Made by a program: the position numbers and the translations under genes. The notes under the pieces are model-generated. The model was not told the DNA's origin, made no database searches, and saw nothing but the letters and a program-made list of their open reading frames with translations. Below, piece by piece: positions 1 to 8,222 of a DNA stretch of 64,000 nt. This DNA is from Clostridia bacterium (GTDB taxonomy: Bacteria; Bacillota; Clostridia; UBA1212; UBA1255). The stretch spans positions 388 through 64,387 of the forward strand of contig JAFWZX010000038.1 in NCBI GenBank assembly GCA_017517275.1. The letters are read 5' to 3'. Within the stretch, counting starts at the first letter, position 1, and each line of letters opens with the position of its first letter.

Positions 1-331
1 AGCTGATTTTTATATGATCGTTAAAAAATTCTACCACTACGTCCACTACAGCATTTCTTAGTGCCGACACACTCATAATTGTAATAAATGCTACAGATAA
101 CAGAATCATTATTGCCAGAGCTATTCGGAAAAGGAGCCTGTAGCGTCTGACTTTCCTTGGCTTGCATCTTTCCTTCTTAGTCAAAGCCTTTTTCTTTTGC
201 TCAAATTTCCTACTGAAAACAACTTGCGTTACGTCTAATGATTCAAATAATTCTATATCATCCGACAATTTATTATCACAAAGAGCCGAAGCTATCATGA
301 TGTCTAATTTATCAAAATTATCCTTATTCAT
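1..331 (-). CDS. anti-sigma-factor-like membrane protein (partial, C-terminus lies beyond the window start)
   Basis: The minus-strand frame is open from the ATG at 331 to the window edge. It reads MNKDNFDKLDIMIASALCDNKL...KPRKVRRYRLLFRIALAIMILLSVAFITIM, a basic stretch followed by one TM helix. Its start overlaps the stop of the upstream sigma gene (ATGAATAA), as is typical for sigma/anti-sigma pairs. It is absent from the ORF track because it has no stop in the window. Confidence 0.5.
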   Translation of the reverse strand, partial: MNKDNFDKLDIMIASALCDNKLSDDIELFESLDVTQVVFSRKFEQKKKALTKKERCKPRKVRRYRLLFRIALAIMILLSVAFITIMSVSALRNAVVDVVVEFFNDHIKIS

Positions 332-893
332 ACAGTCTGGCACCTCCTTTCTCAAGGAGAATCTTCTTTGCTCTGCTGATTCTGGTAGCAACAGCACCGG
401 GATTAATGCAAAGAAGTTCTGCAATCTTATTATTTCCCATATTGAAATAATATTTGAGAATAAGTACGTCTCTGTATTTATAGTCCAGTTCGCTTACAAG
501 CTTGAAAAGAAATCTGTTATTTTCTTCACTAATTATGATTCGTTCAGGATCGTATGTATCGTCAATTACCGCCTCTTCTTCCATAGACTCCTCATCCATA
601 GTTATTGACTTTTCGCGGACTCTTTTCAAATTACCGTTTCTATAGAAGTTAAAAGCTTCATTTCTGCAATAAATCATAATTAACCTTATCAGATCGTCAC
701 CTTCTACAGATCTGAAAATTTCCAGGTGGTTAATTATTCTTTTTACAACTTCGTGAACACAATCTTCCGACGACTCGTGATTTCCTAATATCTTAAAGAT
801 ATAGGCAAACATTTTCTTTGAGTATTTTTCGTATATATCCTCTACGAAGATTTTATCCTCTTCAGAAGATATACACGTTATTATTGGTAACAT
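324..893 (-). CDS. RNA polymerase sigma factor, sigma-70 family (small ECF-like, regions 2 and 4)
   Basis: The product is ~190 aa. It has a C-terminal region-4 HTH (KYYFNMGNNKIAELLCINPGAVATRISRAKKILLEK) and a region-2-like segment (DCVHEVVKRIINHLEIF). The ATG at 893 is preferred over the TTG at 908. Confidence 0.8.
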   Translation of the reverse strand: MLPIITCISSEEDKIFVEDIYEKYSKKMFAYIFKILGNHESSEDCVHEVVKRIINHLEIFRSVEGDDLIRLIMIYCRNEAFNFYRNGNLKRVREKSITMDEESMEEEAVIDDTYDPERIIISEENNRFLFKLVSELDYKYRDVLILKYYFNMGNNKIAELLCINPGAVATRISRAKKILLEKGGARLYE

Positions 894-946
894 ATATATC
901 ACTTCCAAGGTCTATTTTAACATATAATAAGTAAGTTTGCATTTTA

Positions 947-2293
947 TTATTTTACTGACAATTGTTGTTTAATAATATTTGCAACTTTTTCACATATATC
1001 CTTGGTTTGTTGAGGATCCTCTCCTTCTGTCATAACACGAACCAAAGGCTCTGTACCAGATGGTCTTACAACAATACGCCCTTTATCGGCAAACTCTTCA
1101 TTTGCTGCCATCAAGGCCTCTTTTATTACGTGGTCTGTATAGAAAGCAATCTTGCCGTCATTCGATACCTCTACATTTATCATGTGCTGAGGAAAACGAG
1201 TCATTACTGAAGCTGCTTGTTCTAAGGAGATTTTCTTTCGTTTCAAAATTGATAACAGCTGAATAGCAGTAAGCTGTCCATCTCCGGTTGTAGCATAATC
1301 GTTGAAAATAATATGTCCCGATTGTTCTCCTCCAAGGTTAATTCCTTCTAAGAGCATTTTTTCCAGAACGAACCTATCGCCAACTTTTGTTGTTTGAGTT
1401 GTAATACTATTTTCGCGAGCAAATTTTTCAAAACCCATATTAGTCATAATCGTTCCGACTACTGAGTTTTTATACAGTTTGCCGCGTTCCTTCATGTCCT
1501 GCGCGCAAATTGCCATAATAAAATCTCCGTCAATTACATTTCCTTTTGAATCAACACAGATGCAACGGTCAGCATCACCGTCAAAAGCTATGCCCGCATC
1601 CATTCCATTATCCACAACGTACTGCCTTAAAGGTTCAATATGGGTAGATCCGCAATTCTTATTTATATTCCATCCGTTAGGGCTTGCATTTAGTATGGTA
1701 ACGTCTGCCCCTAACTCTGTAAAAAGTGTTTTTGCACTTACAAAGCTACTTCCATTAGAGCAGTCAACTGCCACCTTCATTCCGTCAAGAGAGTTCATTA
1801 CAGTACTCTTTAAGTGATCAACATAATCTCTTACTGCCTTTGTTGCATATTTTATTTTACCGATTTCCGTTTCAGACAGTATGCTATCACTCTCATCTAA
1901 TACAATAGATTCAATCTTCTCCTCCAGTTCATCCGGAATCTTATATCCTTCACCGCCAAAAATTTTGATACCGTTATATTCCGCGGGATTATGCGAAGCA
2001 GATATCATTATTCCACTGTCAGCCTTATATTTATTAACCAGATATGCAAGTGCAGGAGTAGGCACTACCCCTAAAATTATTACATCCGCGCCAGCTGAGC
2101 ATAGCCCTGCGGCAATACTGTGACAAAGCATATCAGAAGATATTCTCGTATCGCATCCTACGCAAAAGAGTAATCTGCGTCTGTCATCTTCTAACACCTG
2201 GGCTGTCGCTCTTCCGATTCTCAGTGCCATCTCGCACGTAAGATAAGTATTTGCCTTTCCTCTAATTCCATCAGTTCCGAATAATCTGCCCAT
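947..2293 (-). CDS. glmM: phosphoglucosamine mutase
   Basis: N-terminus MGRLFGTDGIRGKAN, phosphoserine loop SASHNPAEYNGIK, metal site FDGDADR and GEQSGH are all present. The length (448 aa) also fits. Confidence 0.95.
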   Translation of the reverse strand: MGRLFGTDGIRGKANTYLTCEMALRIGRATAQVLEDDRRRLLFCVGCDTRISSDMLCHSIAAGLCSAGADVIILGVVPTPALAYLVNKYKADSGIMISASHNPAEYNGIKIFGGEGYKIPDELEEKIESIVLDESDSILSETEIGKIKYATKAVRDYVDHLKSTVMNSLDGMKVAVDCSNGSSFVSAKTLFTELGADVTILNASPNGWNINKNCGSTHIEPLRQYVVDNGMDAGIAFDGDADRCICVDSKGNVIDGDFIMAICAQDMKERGKLYKNSVVGTIMTNMGFEKFARENSITTQTTKVGDRFVLEKMLLEGINLGGEQSGHIIFNDYATTGDGQLTAIQLLSILKRKKISLEQAASVMTRFPQHMINVEVSNDGKIAFYTDHVIKEALMAANEEFADKGRIVVRPSGTEPLVRVMTEGEDPQQTKDICEKVANIIKQQLSVK

Positions 2294-2916
2294 TAGTAAT
2301 TTCTCCTTACCACGTTATCTTTTGATTTGTAAATACTATTGTTAGGGACAGTGCCCCTTACCATCGATAAAGGATATACTATTGACTCTCTGCCTATAAT
2401 ACTTCCGGGACACAGTACGCTGTTAGATCCTATCTCTGCATAATCTCCTACTATCGCACCAAGCTTTCTAAAGCCAAAACGCACCGGCGCTTTGTCACTT
2501 CTGACATTCGCTGTTATAACGCCGGCACCAAAATGTGCCTTATATCCCAGTATCGAATCTCCCACATAGTTAAAATGCGGCACCTGAACCCCGTCGAAAA
2601 GTACACTGTTTTTTATTTCTGTTGAATTTCCAACAACACAGTTTTTACCAATAATGGCACTTCCCCGTATAAAAGCACAATGCCTTATCTCGCTGTTTTC
2701 ATCAATAATACAAGGAGCATTTATGCATGCATTTTGCGCAATCACAGCGGTCTTTGCAACCCATACTCCGGGCTGAGGATTATCAAAGATCTCCTTAGGA
2801 AGCTTAGGTCCAATATCATAAATAAAATCGCATATCAAAGGCAGCGCCATTGATAAATCTTCCTTGCAACAGAAAAGATCTCTTGCTATAGTCCTGTCGA
2901 TATCAAGCATTGTCAT
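2293..2916 (-). CDS. hexapeptide-repeat (left-handed beta-helix) acyltransferase, GlmU C-terminal-domain-like
   Basis: Imperfect hexapeptide repeats run through the 207-aa product (IRGSAIIGKNCVVGNSTEIKNSVLFDGVQV...GAIVGDYAEIGSNSVLCPGSIIG). There is no nucleotidyltransferase domain. Its stop overlaps the glmM start (TAATG). Confidence 0.6.
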   Translation of the reverse strand: MTMLDIDRTIARDLFCCKEDLSMALPLICDFIYDIGPKLPKEIFDNPQPGVWVAKTAVIAQNACINAPCIIDENSEIRHCAFIRGSAIIGKNCVVGNSTEIKNSVLFDGVQVPHFNYVGDSILGYKAHFGAGVITANVRSDKAPVRFGFRKLGAIVGDYAEIGSNSVLCPGSIIGRESIVYPLSMVRGTVPNNSIYKSKDNVVRRNY

Positions 2917-3046
2917 ATATTTATATATCCTTTCTCAAATAGCCCTCATTTTAAAACTACCACACGCAATTACAGCTGTCAATACTTCTTTACTACTATT
3001 TATTATTCACATTCAACGAAAATAATGCACCTACATAATTCAACTC

Positions 3047-3082
3047 ATAAAAAAAGGCATTATTCAGTGAGAATAATGCCTT
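3047..3082 (-). terminator. rho-independent terminator after the surface-protein pair
   Basis: In the minus sense it reads AAGGCATTATTC-tcact-GAATAATGCCTT followed by TTTTTTTAT. That is a 12-bp perfect stem about 20 nt downstream of the stop at 3105. Confidence 0.75.
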
Positions 3083-3104
3083 ACCTTTTCACTCAATCAA
3101 CAGA

Positions 3105-4250
3105 CTATTTTCTCTTTTTGATAATAACAGTTGCACCGAGAATCATCAGAATCTGAGCGATTGCCATAGAAGATCCGCATCCGCCTGATTTTTCATTCTT
3201 GTTGTCTGCAGTAGGAGCCTGTGTAGCTTCAGGAGCTTTAGTAGCAGGAGCCTGCGTAGGAACTGTAGTTGGAGCAGGTGTAGCTGTAGGCTCAGGAGTT
3301 GTGTTAATCGGATCATCAACATCAGCACTGAACTCATACGGCACTACTGCCCAATTGTCGATACCCATGATACCGGGGTTGAGAGACGCTAAGTTGAAGT
3401 TTGCATATGTGTTGATATATGCATTTGAAGTAGAGGCTACTTCCTCTCCTGCTGCATTGTAAATAACAGCTTTTGTAAAGAAGTCATCCTTAATTTCAGA
3501 AAGCTTCATAGTAGCAATAAGCTGATTTGTATTGCAATAAAACTTTACAGTACCTGAAATATCATCAATGACAGTAATCTTATTCCATGACTCTAACGCA
3601 CCGTTAGCCAAAGTATGAACGTATTGAGCTTTGACAGTAGCATCTTTATCAACAACGTAAATAACAATCTCGTCTTTTGTATCATCTGCTACGTTAAATG
3701 CTACACAGAAACCAATCTTTGCAGCATACTTGTCAGATTCGGAATTTGTAGCAACACATACCTTCTCTTTGCCCTGCGGGCCTTTGCCGTCTGCATTCTC
3801 ATCTACGTCAAAAACAAGACCTACAAATTTGTCTGCTTCTGCGCCAATTAACTTTATATCCATCTGAATCATATATGAATCAGCAATATACTGGTCAATC
3901 ATAAAATACGTATCTTTTGTATAAGAAACGTAACGATTATCTTCTTCATCACTAAAATACGGTGTCTTGGTATCGTCAAAATCAATATTGAACATCGAAA
4001 CATTATCCCTGATATAACTGTAATAAGCTCTACCAGATCTTATGATCTCACCGTCCTCAAACGTCTGGGCGATGTCATCTTCACTGTCCATCCAAAAACC
4101 ATCGTTCTCATCATTTACAACTTCTCCACCATAAACGTCAAAGAAAGTTCTATCCTCCGGATAGGGAGCTGCCATCACAGTCGTAACAGACAAAGATGCC
4201 AGGATGATGATAGTTAGTGCAAGCAACAACAATTTTGTAAAAAGTTTCAT
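3105..4250 (-). CDS. secreted protein with Pro/Thr-rich linker and conserved C-terminal SGGCGSS-TM-KKRK module (paralog A)
   Basis: It has an N-terminal signal peptide (MKLFTKLLLLALTIIILASLSVTTVMA|AP) and a ~270-aa globular part of unknown fold. A TPEPTATPAPTTVPTQAPATKAPEATQAPT linker follows. The C-terminus is SGGCGSSMAIAQILMILGATVIIKKRK. Confidence 0.8.
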   Translation of the reverse strand: MKLFTKLLLLALTIIILASLSVTTVMAAPYPEDRTFFDVYGGEVVNDENDGFWMDSEDDIAQTFEDGEIIRSGRAYYSYIRDNVSMFNIDFDDTKTPYFSDEEDNRYVSYTKDTYFMIDQYIADSYMIQMDIKLIGAEADKFVGLVFDVDENADGKGPQGKEKVCVATNSESDKYAAKIGFCVAFNVADDTKDEIVIYVVDKDATVKAQYVHTLANGALESWNKITVIDDISGTVKFYCNTNQLIATMKLSEIKDDFFTKAVIYNAAGEEVASTSNAYINTYANFNLASLNPGIMGIDNWAVVPYEFSADVDDPINTTPEPTATPAPTTVPTQAPATKAPEATQAPTADNKNEKSGGCGSSMAIAQILMILGATVIIKKRK

Positions 4251-4287
4251 TGTTTAACCTCCTCATATTTTATATCAATTATTTGAA

Positions 4288-5439
4288 TTACTTTCTCTTC
4301 TTTATAATCAAGCCACAGGCCAGAACTGCCATAATTTGAGCAATAGCTAATGATGAACCACAGCCGCCGGACTCTTTATCTGTCTCAGGGGCTTGCGTAG
4401 CAGGTACCGTAGTAGGTGCTGTAGTAGGTGCTGTAGTAGGTGCACTTGTCGGCGGAACCGGAGTCTCCTTAACAGCTTCTTTGATAGGATCATTAAGTGT
4501 CATATCATATTCATCAGGATAAATGCCCCAATTGTCAACACAAAAGTCTCCTGTGGAAATATTTGCAATACTAACGTTAGACTCTTGATAAACCTTAGCC
4601 TTTGAAGTTGACGCTACTTCCTTTCCCGTTTTATCAAGAATTGTTGCTTTAGTAAAATATGAATCTTTAAGTTCTGCAAGGTTAATCGTAGCAACCAATT
4701 CATCTTTAACATAAAGCTTCATTACGCCTTCATTATTGTCAATAAGAGTAATATTTGTCCATGTATCAAAAGTTGCATTATCATAGTCGATTTCATATGA
4801 AGCAGTAACAGTTCCGTCACTATTTACAGCATATATAATAACCTGATCTTTTGTATCATCTGCTGCATATACACCAAAACCAAGACCAATTTTACTTGCG
4901 TATTTCAAGGAATCTGACAGGGTAGCTGTGCAAATGACTCCGTTATTATATTCAGCAGAGTTTGAATCCTGGTCTCCGCCCATTACAAAACCTGCAAAAG
5001 CGTCTCCCTCTACGGAGCTTTCTAATTTAACATCTACGTCCATGCGGAAAGCATCCCTGATAACAAAGTCAAAAATAATATAAGTACTTCCATTAAATCT
5101 AATATACTTGTTCACTTCATCTTCGCCGACCGCCTCATCTTTAAAAAAGGGACCGTCTCCGTCTGCACCGCTTGTATGCTTAGGTGTACTTGCATCTCTC
5201 AGATAACTCTGATAATGGTCACCTGATCTTACAGGTTCACCATCAGGAAAGGCAAGGGAAATATCATCTTCCGAATCCATCCAGAAGCCTTCGTTCTCAC
5301 TGTTAACGACAGAAGAACCGTAATGATCAAAAAAAGATGTAGAATCATCATAAGGAAATGCAACTACAGATAACTGCATTATTATAATGCTAAGCGAAAT
5401 AATAGCAATGATGCCCACAATCGATAATCTTTTCTTCAT
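4288..5439 (-). CDS. secreted protein with Pro/Thr-rich linker and conserved C-terminal SGGCGSS-TM-KKRK module (paralog B)
   Basis: It has a signal peptide (MKKRLSIVGIIAIISLSIIIMQLSVVA|FP). It shares N-terminal motifs with paralog A (FFDxYGxxVVNxENxGFWMDSEDDI), has an APTTAPTTAPTT linker, and ends SGGCGSSLAIAQIMAVLACGLIIKKRK. It lies 37 nt upstream of paralog A. Confidence 0.8.
   Translation of the reverse strand: MKKRLSIVGIIAIISLSIIIMQLSVVAFPYDDSTSFFDHYGSSVVNSENEGFWMDSEDDISLAFPDGEPVRSGDHYQSYLRDASTPKHTSGADGDGPFFKDEAVGEDEVNKYIRFNGSTYIIFDFVIRDAFRMDVDVKLESSVEGDAFAGFVMGGDQDSNSAEYNNGVICTATLSDSLKYASKIGLGFGVYAADDTKDQVIIYAVNSDGTVTASYEIDYDNATFDTWTNITLIDNNEGVMKLYVKDELVATINLAELKDSYFTKATILDKTGKEVASTSKAKVYQESNVSIANISTGDFCVDNWGIYPDEYDMTLNDPIKEAVKETPVPPTSAPTTAPTTAPTTVPATQAPETDKESGGCGSSLAIAQIMAVLACGLIIKKRK
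4409..4444. repeat. 3 x 12-bp in-frame tandem repeat (gtagtaggtgct) encoding APTT units
   Basis: There are three consecutive near-identical 12-mers inside the linker of the 4288-5439 CDS. Confidence 0.85.
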
Positions 5440-5506
5440 AACTAAACACCTCTTTGTTTTATTCTTTGTTTTATTTTTTTTGTAAAAGTATTAAAAATCA
5501 CAAAGT

Positions 5507-5535
5507 ATTCTACTGTACTGTTAATTATTTGTCAA
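5507..5535 (-). promoter_or_regulatory. putative sigma-A promoter for the surface-protein pair
   Basis: In the minus sense it reads TTGACA - 17 nt - TAGAAT, about 65 nt upstream of the ATG at 5439. Confidence 0.5.
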
Positions 5536-5573
5536 TACATTGTTCATATTTATCAAGTTTTATGTTCGGAAAT

Positions 5574-6440
5574 CTACAAAGACGCAATATAATCGTAGTC
5601 TGTCGGGTCGTATGTACAGGAAGCATCTATATCATCCCTTTTCAATGCATTCCACAGCATAGGATCTTCCTTACCCTCTATCGTGAAAACATACGACCAA
5701 GCAGCAACATTTTCATATATCCATTTAGAATCCTCTACAGCAAGTCGTATACAGCCGTCAGAGGCAGGAGTACCTAATTTATTCCAATCTTGCCACTTAA
5801 GGGAATTGTTATTTCCCCTTGATCCATACGGAACTGAATGGAATAAATAGTGGCTGAATGAATTTGATTCGTTACTCTGTCCGTAATTTGTCACAGAGAA
5901 CATTCTTGTTGCATAATGCCCGTAAACGTTATTAAATAATGACCGCCAAGTATATCTTGAATCTGATTTTATGTTATTTTCCAAAATAACCCAAGTCCCA
6001 ATGGGCGTCTCGTCTCCGCTTCTTCCTGAAGAACATATCATAGCACGTACAAGCTCGCCCTTGCCTCCGTTGTCAGTCATATCATAAACGTATACAATTT
6101 GCGCTTTAAGTGATACTTCAATATAATACTTCTTTTTCACAGGAACAGATACAGTCTTATCTATTATATGAGTCGGAACAGGACTTGGAGTCGGTGTATG
6201 CAAAGGATCAGAAGTAGGAGTTACAGACGGAACTACCGTTTGCATAGAACCTGAATGCATCGGCGATGAAGTATGTAACGGAGACTGCGACTGTATAACG
6301 GTGGCAGGCGGAGTTATATTTGGCAAATCATGCTCGTCATTAGAACATTTAGAAAACATCAACAAACTGAGTGTCGTAATAAAAATCAAAATTGCAAAGG
6401 CAAACGTAATATAAATTATTTTTTCTCTTTTGTGTTTCAT
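5574..6440 (-). CDS. L,D-transpeptidase (YkuD fold) with N-terminal membrane anchor and Pro/Ser/Thr-rich linker
   Basis: The catalytic motif is HSVPYG...GTPASDGCIRL (His ... Ser-x-Gly-Cys-Ile-Arg). There is one N-terminal TM helix (IIYITFAFAILIFITTLSLLMF). The start at MKHKREK (6440) has a GGAG RBS; the longer ORF to 6488 is less likely. Confidence 0.85.
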   Translation of the reverse strand: MKHKREKIIYITFAFAILIFITTLSLLMFSKCSNDEHDLPNITPPATVIQSQSPLHTSSPMHSGSMQTVVPSVTPTSDPLHTPTPSPVPTHIIDKTVSVPVKKKYYIEVSLKAQIVYVYDMTDNGGKGELVRAMICSSGRSGDETPIGTWVILENNIKSDSRYTWRSLFNNVYGHYATRMFSVTNYGQSNESNSFSHYLFHSVPYGSRGNNNSLKWQDWNKLGTPASDGCIRLAVEDSKWIYENVAAWSYVFTIEGKEDPMLWNALKRDDIDASCTYDPTDYDYIASL

Positions 6441-6487
6441 TATCTTTTGTTCTCCGTTATTTCTTATTCTTTTCCATAAGTATAGCA

Positions 6488-7255
6488 CTAAAAGCTCTCT
6501 ACGGCAAACGATACACCGTCAAGGCTCTCTAATTTCTTGATTTTATCTTCTCCATCCTCAAGATTTGCCGTGTTAATACATACTGTAACGCCCAAATATC
6601 CTACAGTATTACTTCTTGACGGAATTACCTGAAGCGACAGCGGTTTATAATTATCTCGTATATGATTCACAACAAAGGCAACCTTGTTGATATCCGAGAT
6701 CTCAAGATATATGTAAATCTGTTTTACTCTCTTATTTATATTAAACTCTACTTTAATCAAGATGGTAAACGTTAAAAGTACTATTCCAGCAACAATAATA
6801 GCGCCCTCGTAGAAACCGGCACCACAGGCAAGACCGACAGAAGCAGTAGCCCACAGACCGGCCGCTGTTGTAAGTCCCGTAATCTTCGCATCACCTTTTA
6901 TAAGTATCGTACCTACACCAAGAAAACCTATACCGGATATTACTTGAGCACCAAGGCGCATAGGATCTGATACATAGCCTAAAATCTCTGTTGTGTATAG
7001 TCCAAGCATAGCAGTAAGTGTGGCGCCTATACTAACCAAAATATGGGTTCTGAGTCCGGCAGCTCTACCGTGCTTTCCTCGCTGCATACCTATAATTCCG
7101 CTAAGGCAGGCGGCAAGTAAACACCGTATAATTATACTTATAATATTTAACTCCCGAATCGGATCCAAAAAATCCAACAACTGCGACACCTCTTCTTCTA
7201 ATATTGCATATAGAGTTGAATGATTTATTTTATGCTCCGTCACCTTTTGTGTCAA
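6488..7255 (-). CDS. MgtC/SapB family membrane protein
   Basis: It carries GMQRGKHGRAAGLRTHILVSIGATL and multiple TM helices, plus a C-terminal ACT-like soluble domain. The annotated start is a TTG, so the exact start is uncertain. Confidence 0.8.
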   Translation of the reverse strand: MTQKVTEHKINHSTLYAILEEEVSQLLDFLDPIRELNIISIIIRCLLAACLSGIIGMQRGKHGRAAGLRTHILVSIGATLTAMLGLYTTEILGYVSDPMRLGAQVISGIGFLGVGTILIKGDAKITGLTTAAGLWATASVGLACGAGFYEGAIIVAGIVLLTFTILIKVEFNINKRVKQIYIYLEISDINKVAFVVNHIRDNYKPLSLQVIPSRSNTVGYLGVTVCINTANLEDGEDKIKKLESLDGVSFAVESF

Positions 7256-7263
7256 GCAAATAT

Positions 7264-7299
7264 TTATAAAAATACAGCACGTGTAATCACGTGCTGTAT
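7264..7299 (-). terminator. rho-independent terminator after the lipoprotein gene
   Basis: The stem is ATACAGCACGTG-atta-CACGTGCTGTAT (12-bp perfect), followed by TTTTTAT in the minus sense. Confidence 0.75.
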
Positions 7300-7335
7300 T
7301 ATATATATGTGTATTAAGAATATATATTCGATAAA

Positions 7336-8139
7336 TTATTGAGCGTTTGTTACGTGTGCAGGATTCCAGTTCTGAGCTGCTTCTACAGTATCAAAGAAAC
7401 CGATGTAATCAACGTGGAAATAAAATTCGCCTGCCTGTTGTAAATCACTTAAATACTGATCAACAGAAAGTGCGTCAAGTCTTAAGTAACCAATATCAAT
7501 ACCGTTTGCAGCATCAACAAAGGACTTTCCCTTAACTGCTGTTAAATCAATAATGTATTCCTGGAATTCTGTGTCATTTGTTGATATCTGGTACTGTACG
7601 GTAGCCGCACCTAAGTTGCCGCCTGCGGCACACACAAATACCTCAAAAACTGGTACAGGGGTGGGGTTTTTAACTCTGATCTTCATTACCGGATAGTCGT
7701 AGAAAGACCATGGCATACCATCATCACCTGTTATCGGTAAATAAAAATACGGGTCATTAGCTACTATTTTGATTGTAAGTCCGTTGCCTTCCTCGTAATA
7801 ATATTCGCATGCTGTTCCCAAAGGAGACGTACCTACATCTGACGAAGAAATAAATCCTTCTAAATCCCACATATACATATCTTCTTCCCAGAATCTATAA
7901 AGAACCGCATCCACCTCAGGATCCGCCAAAGATGGGTCTTGAGTAGGCTTCAGGGTAGGCTCACTGGTCGGCTCTGTAGTAGGGGCTGTAGTAGGTGCCG
8001 TAGTTGGAGCAGCAGTCGGAGCAGTAGTCGGTGCTGTAGTTGGAGCTGTTGTTGGATCAGCATTATTATCATCTGAACAAGCAGCAAAGAACGTTACACA
8101 TAAGCACATAGTTAAAAGCAATGCTATTATTTTTTTCAT
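7336..8139 (-). CDS. lipoprotein with (A/E)PTT-repeat linker and C-terminal domain of unknown function
   Basis: It has a lipobox signal (MKKIIALLLTMCLCVTFFAAC|SDD). The linker PTTAPTTAPTTAPTAAPTTAPTTAPTTEPTSEPTLKPT follows, and then a ~190-aa globular domain. Confidence 0.8.
   Translation of the reverse strand: MKKIIALLLTMCLCVTFFAACSDDNNADPTTAPTTAPTTAPTAAPTTAPTTAPTTEPTSEPTLKPTQDPSLADPEVDAVLYRFWEEDMYMWDLEGFISSSDVGTSPLGTACEYYYEEGNGLTIKIVANDPYFYLPITGDDGMPWSFYDYPVMKIRVKNPTPVPVFEVFVCAAGGNLGAATVQYQISTNDTEFQEYIIDLTAVKGKSFVDAANGIDIGYLRLDALSVDQYLSDLQQAGEFYFHVDYIGFFDTVEAAQNWNPAHVTNAQ
7970..8056. repeat. imperfect 12-bp in-frame tandem repeats encoding the APTT linker
   Basis: The sequence reads ggctctgtagtaggggctgtagtaggtgccgtagttggagcagcagtcggagcagtagtcggtgctgtagttggagctgttgttgg. 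It shares a 14-nt core (gctgtagtaggtgc) with the repeat at 4409-4444. Confidence 0.8.
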
Positions 8140-8222
8140 ATATTAACCTCCAATTTCATATTTTTATATAATTTTAACACGGTGTTAACATTTCATCAAC
8201 CACTTTTGTACAAAATCGCTTA

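Noticed and set aside
162-608. A 148-aa plus-strand ORF.
   Set aside because: It is antisense to the sigma-factor and anti-sigma genes. It has no RBS and a low-complexity translation.
3105-5439. An LPXTG/sortase signal or C-terminal lipobox in the surface paralogs.
   Set aside because: No LPXTG-like pentapeptide precedes the helix. The Cys is followed, not preceded, by the hydrophobic segment, so it is not a classical Lgt/Lsp lipobox. It is instead reported as an unclassified C-terminal module.
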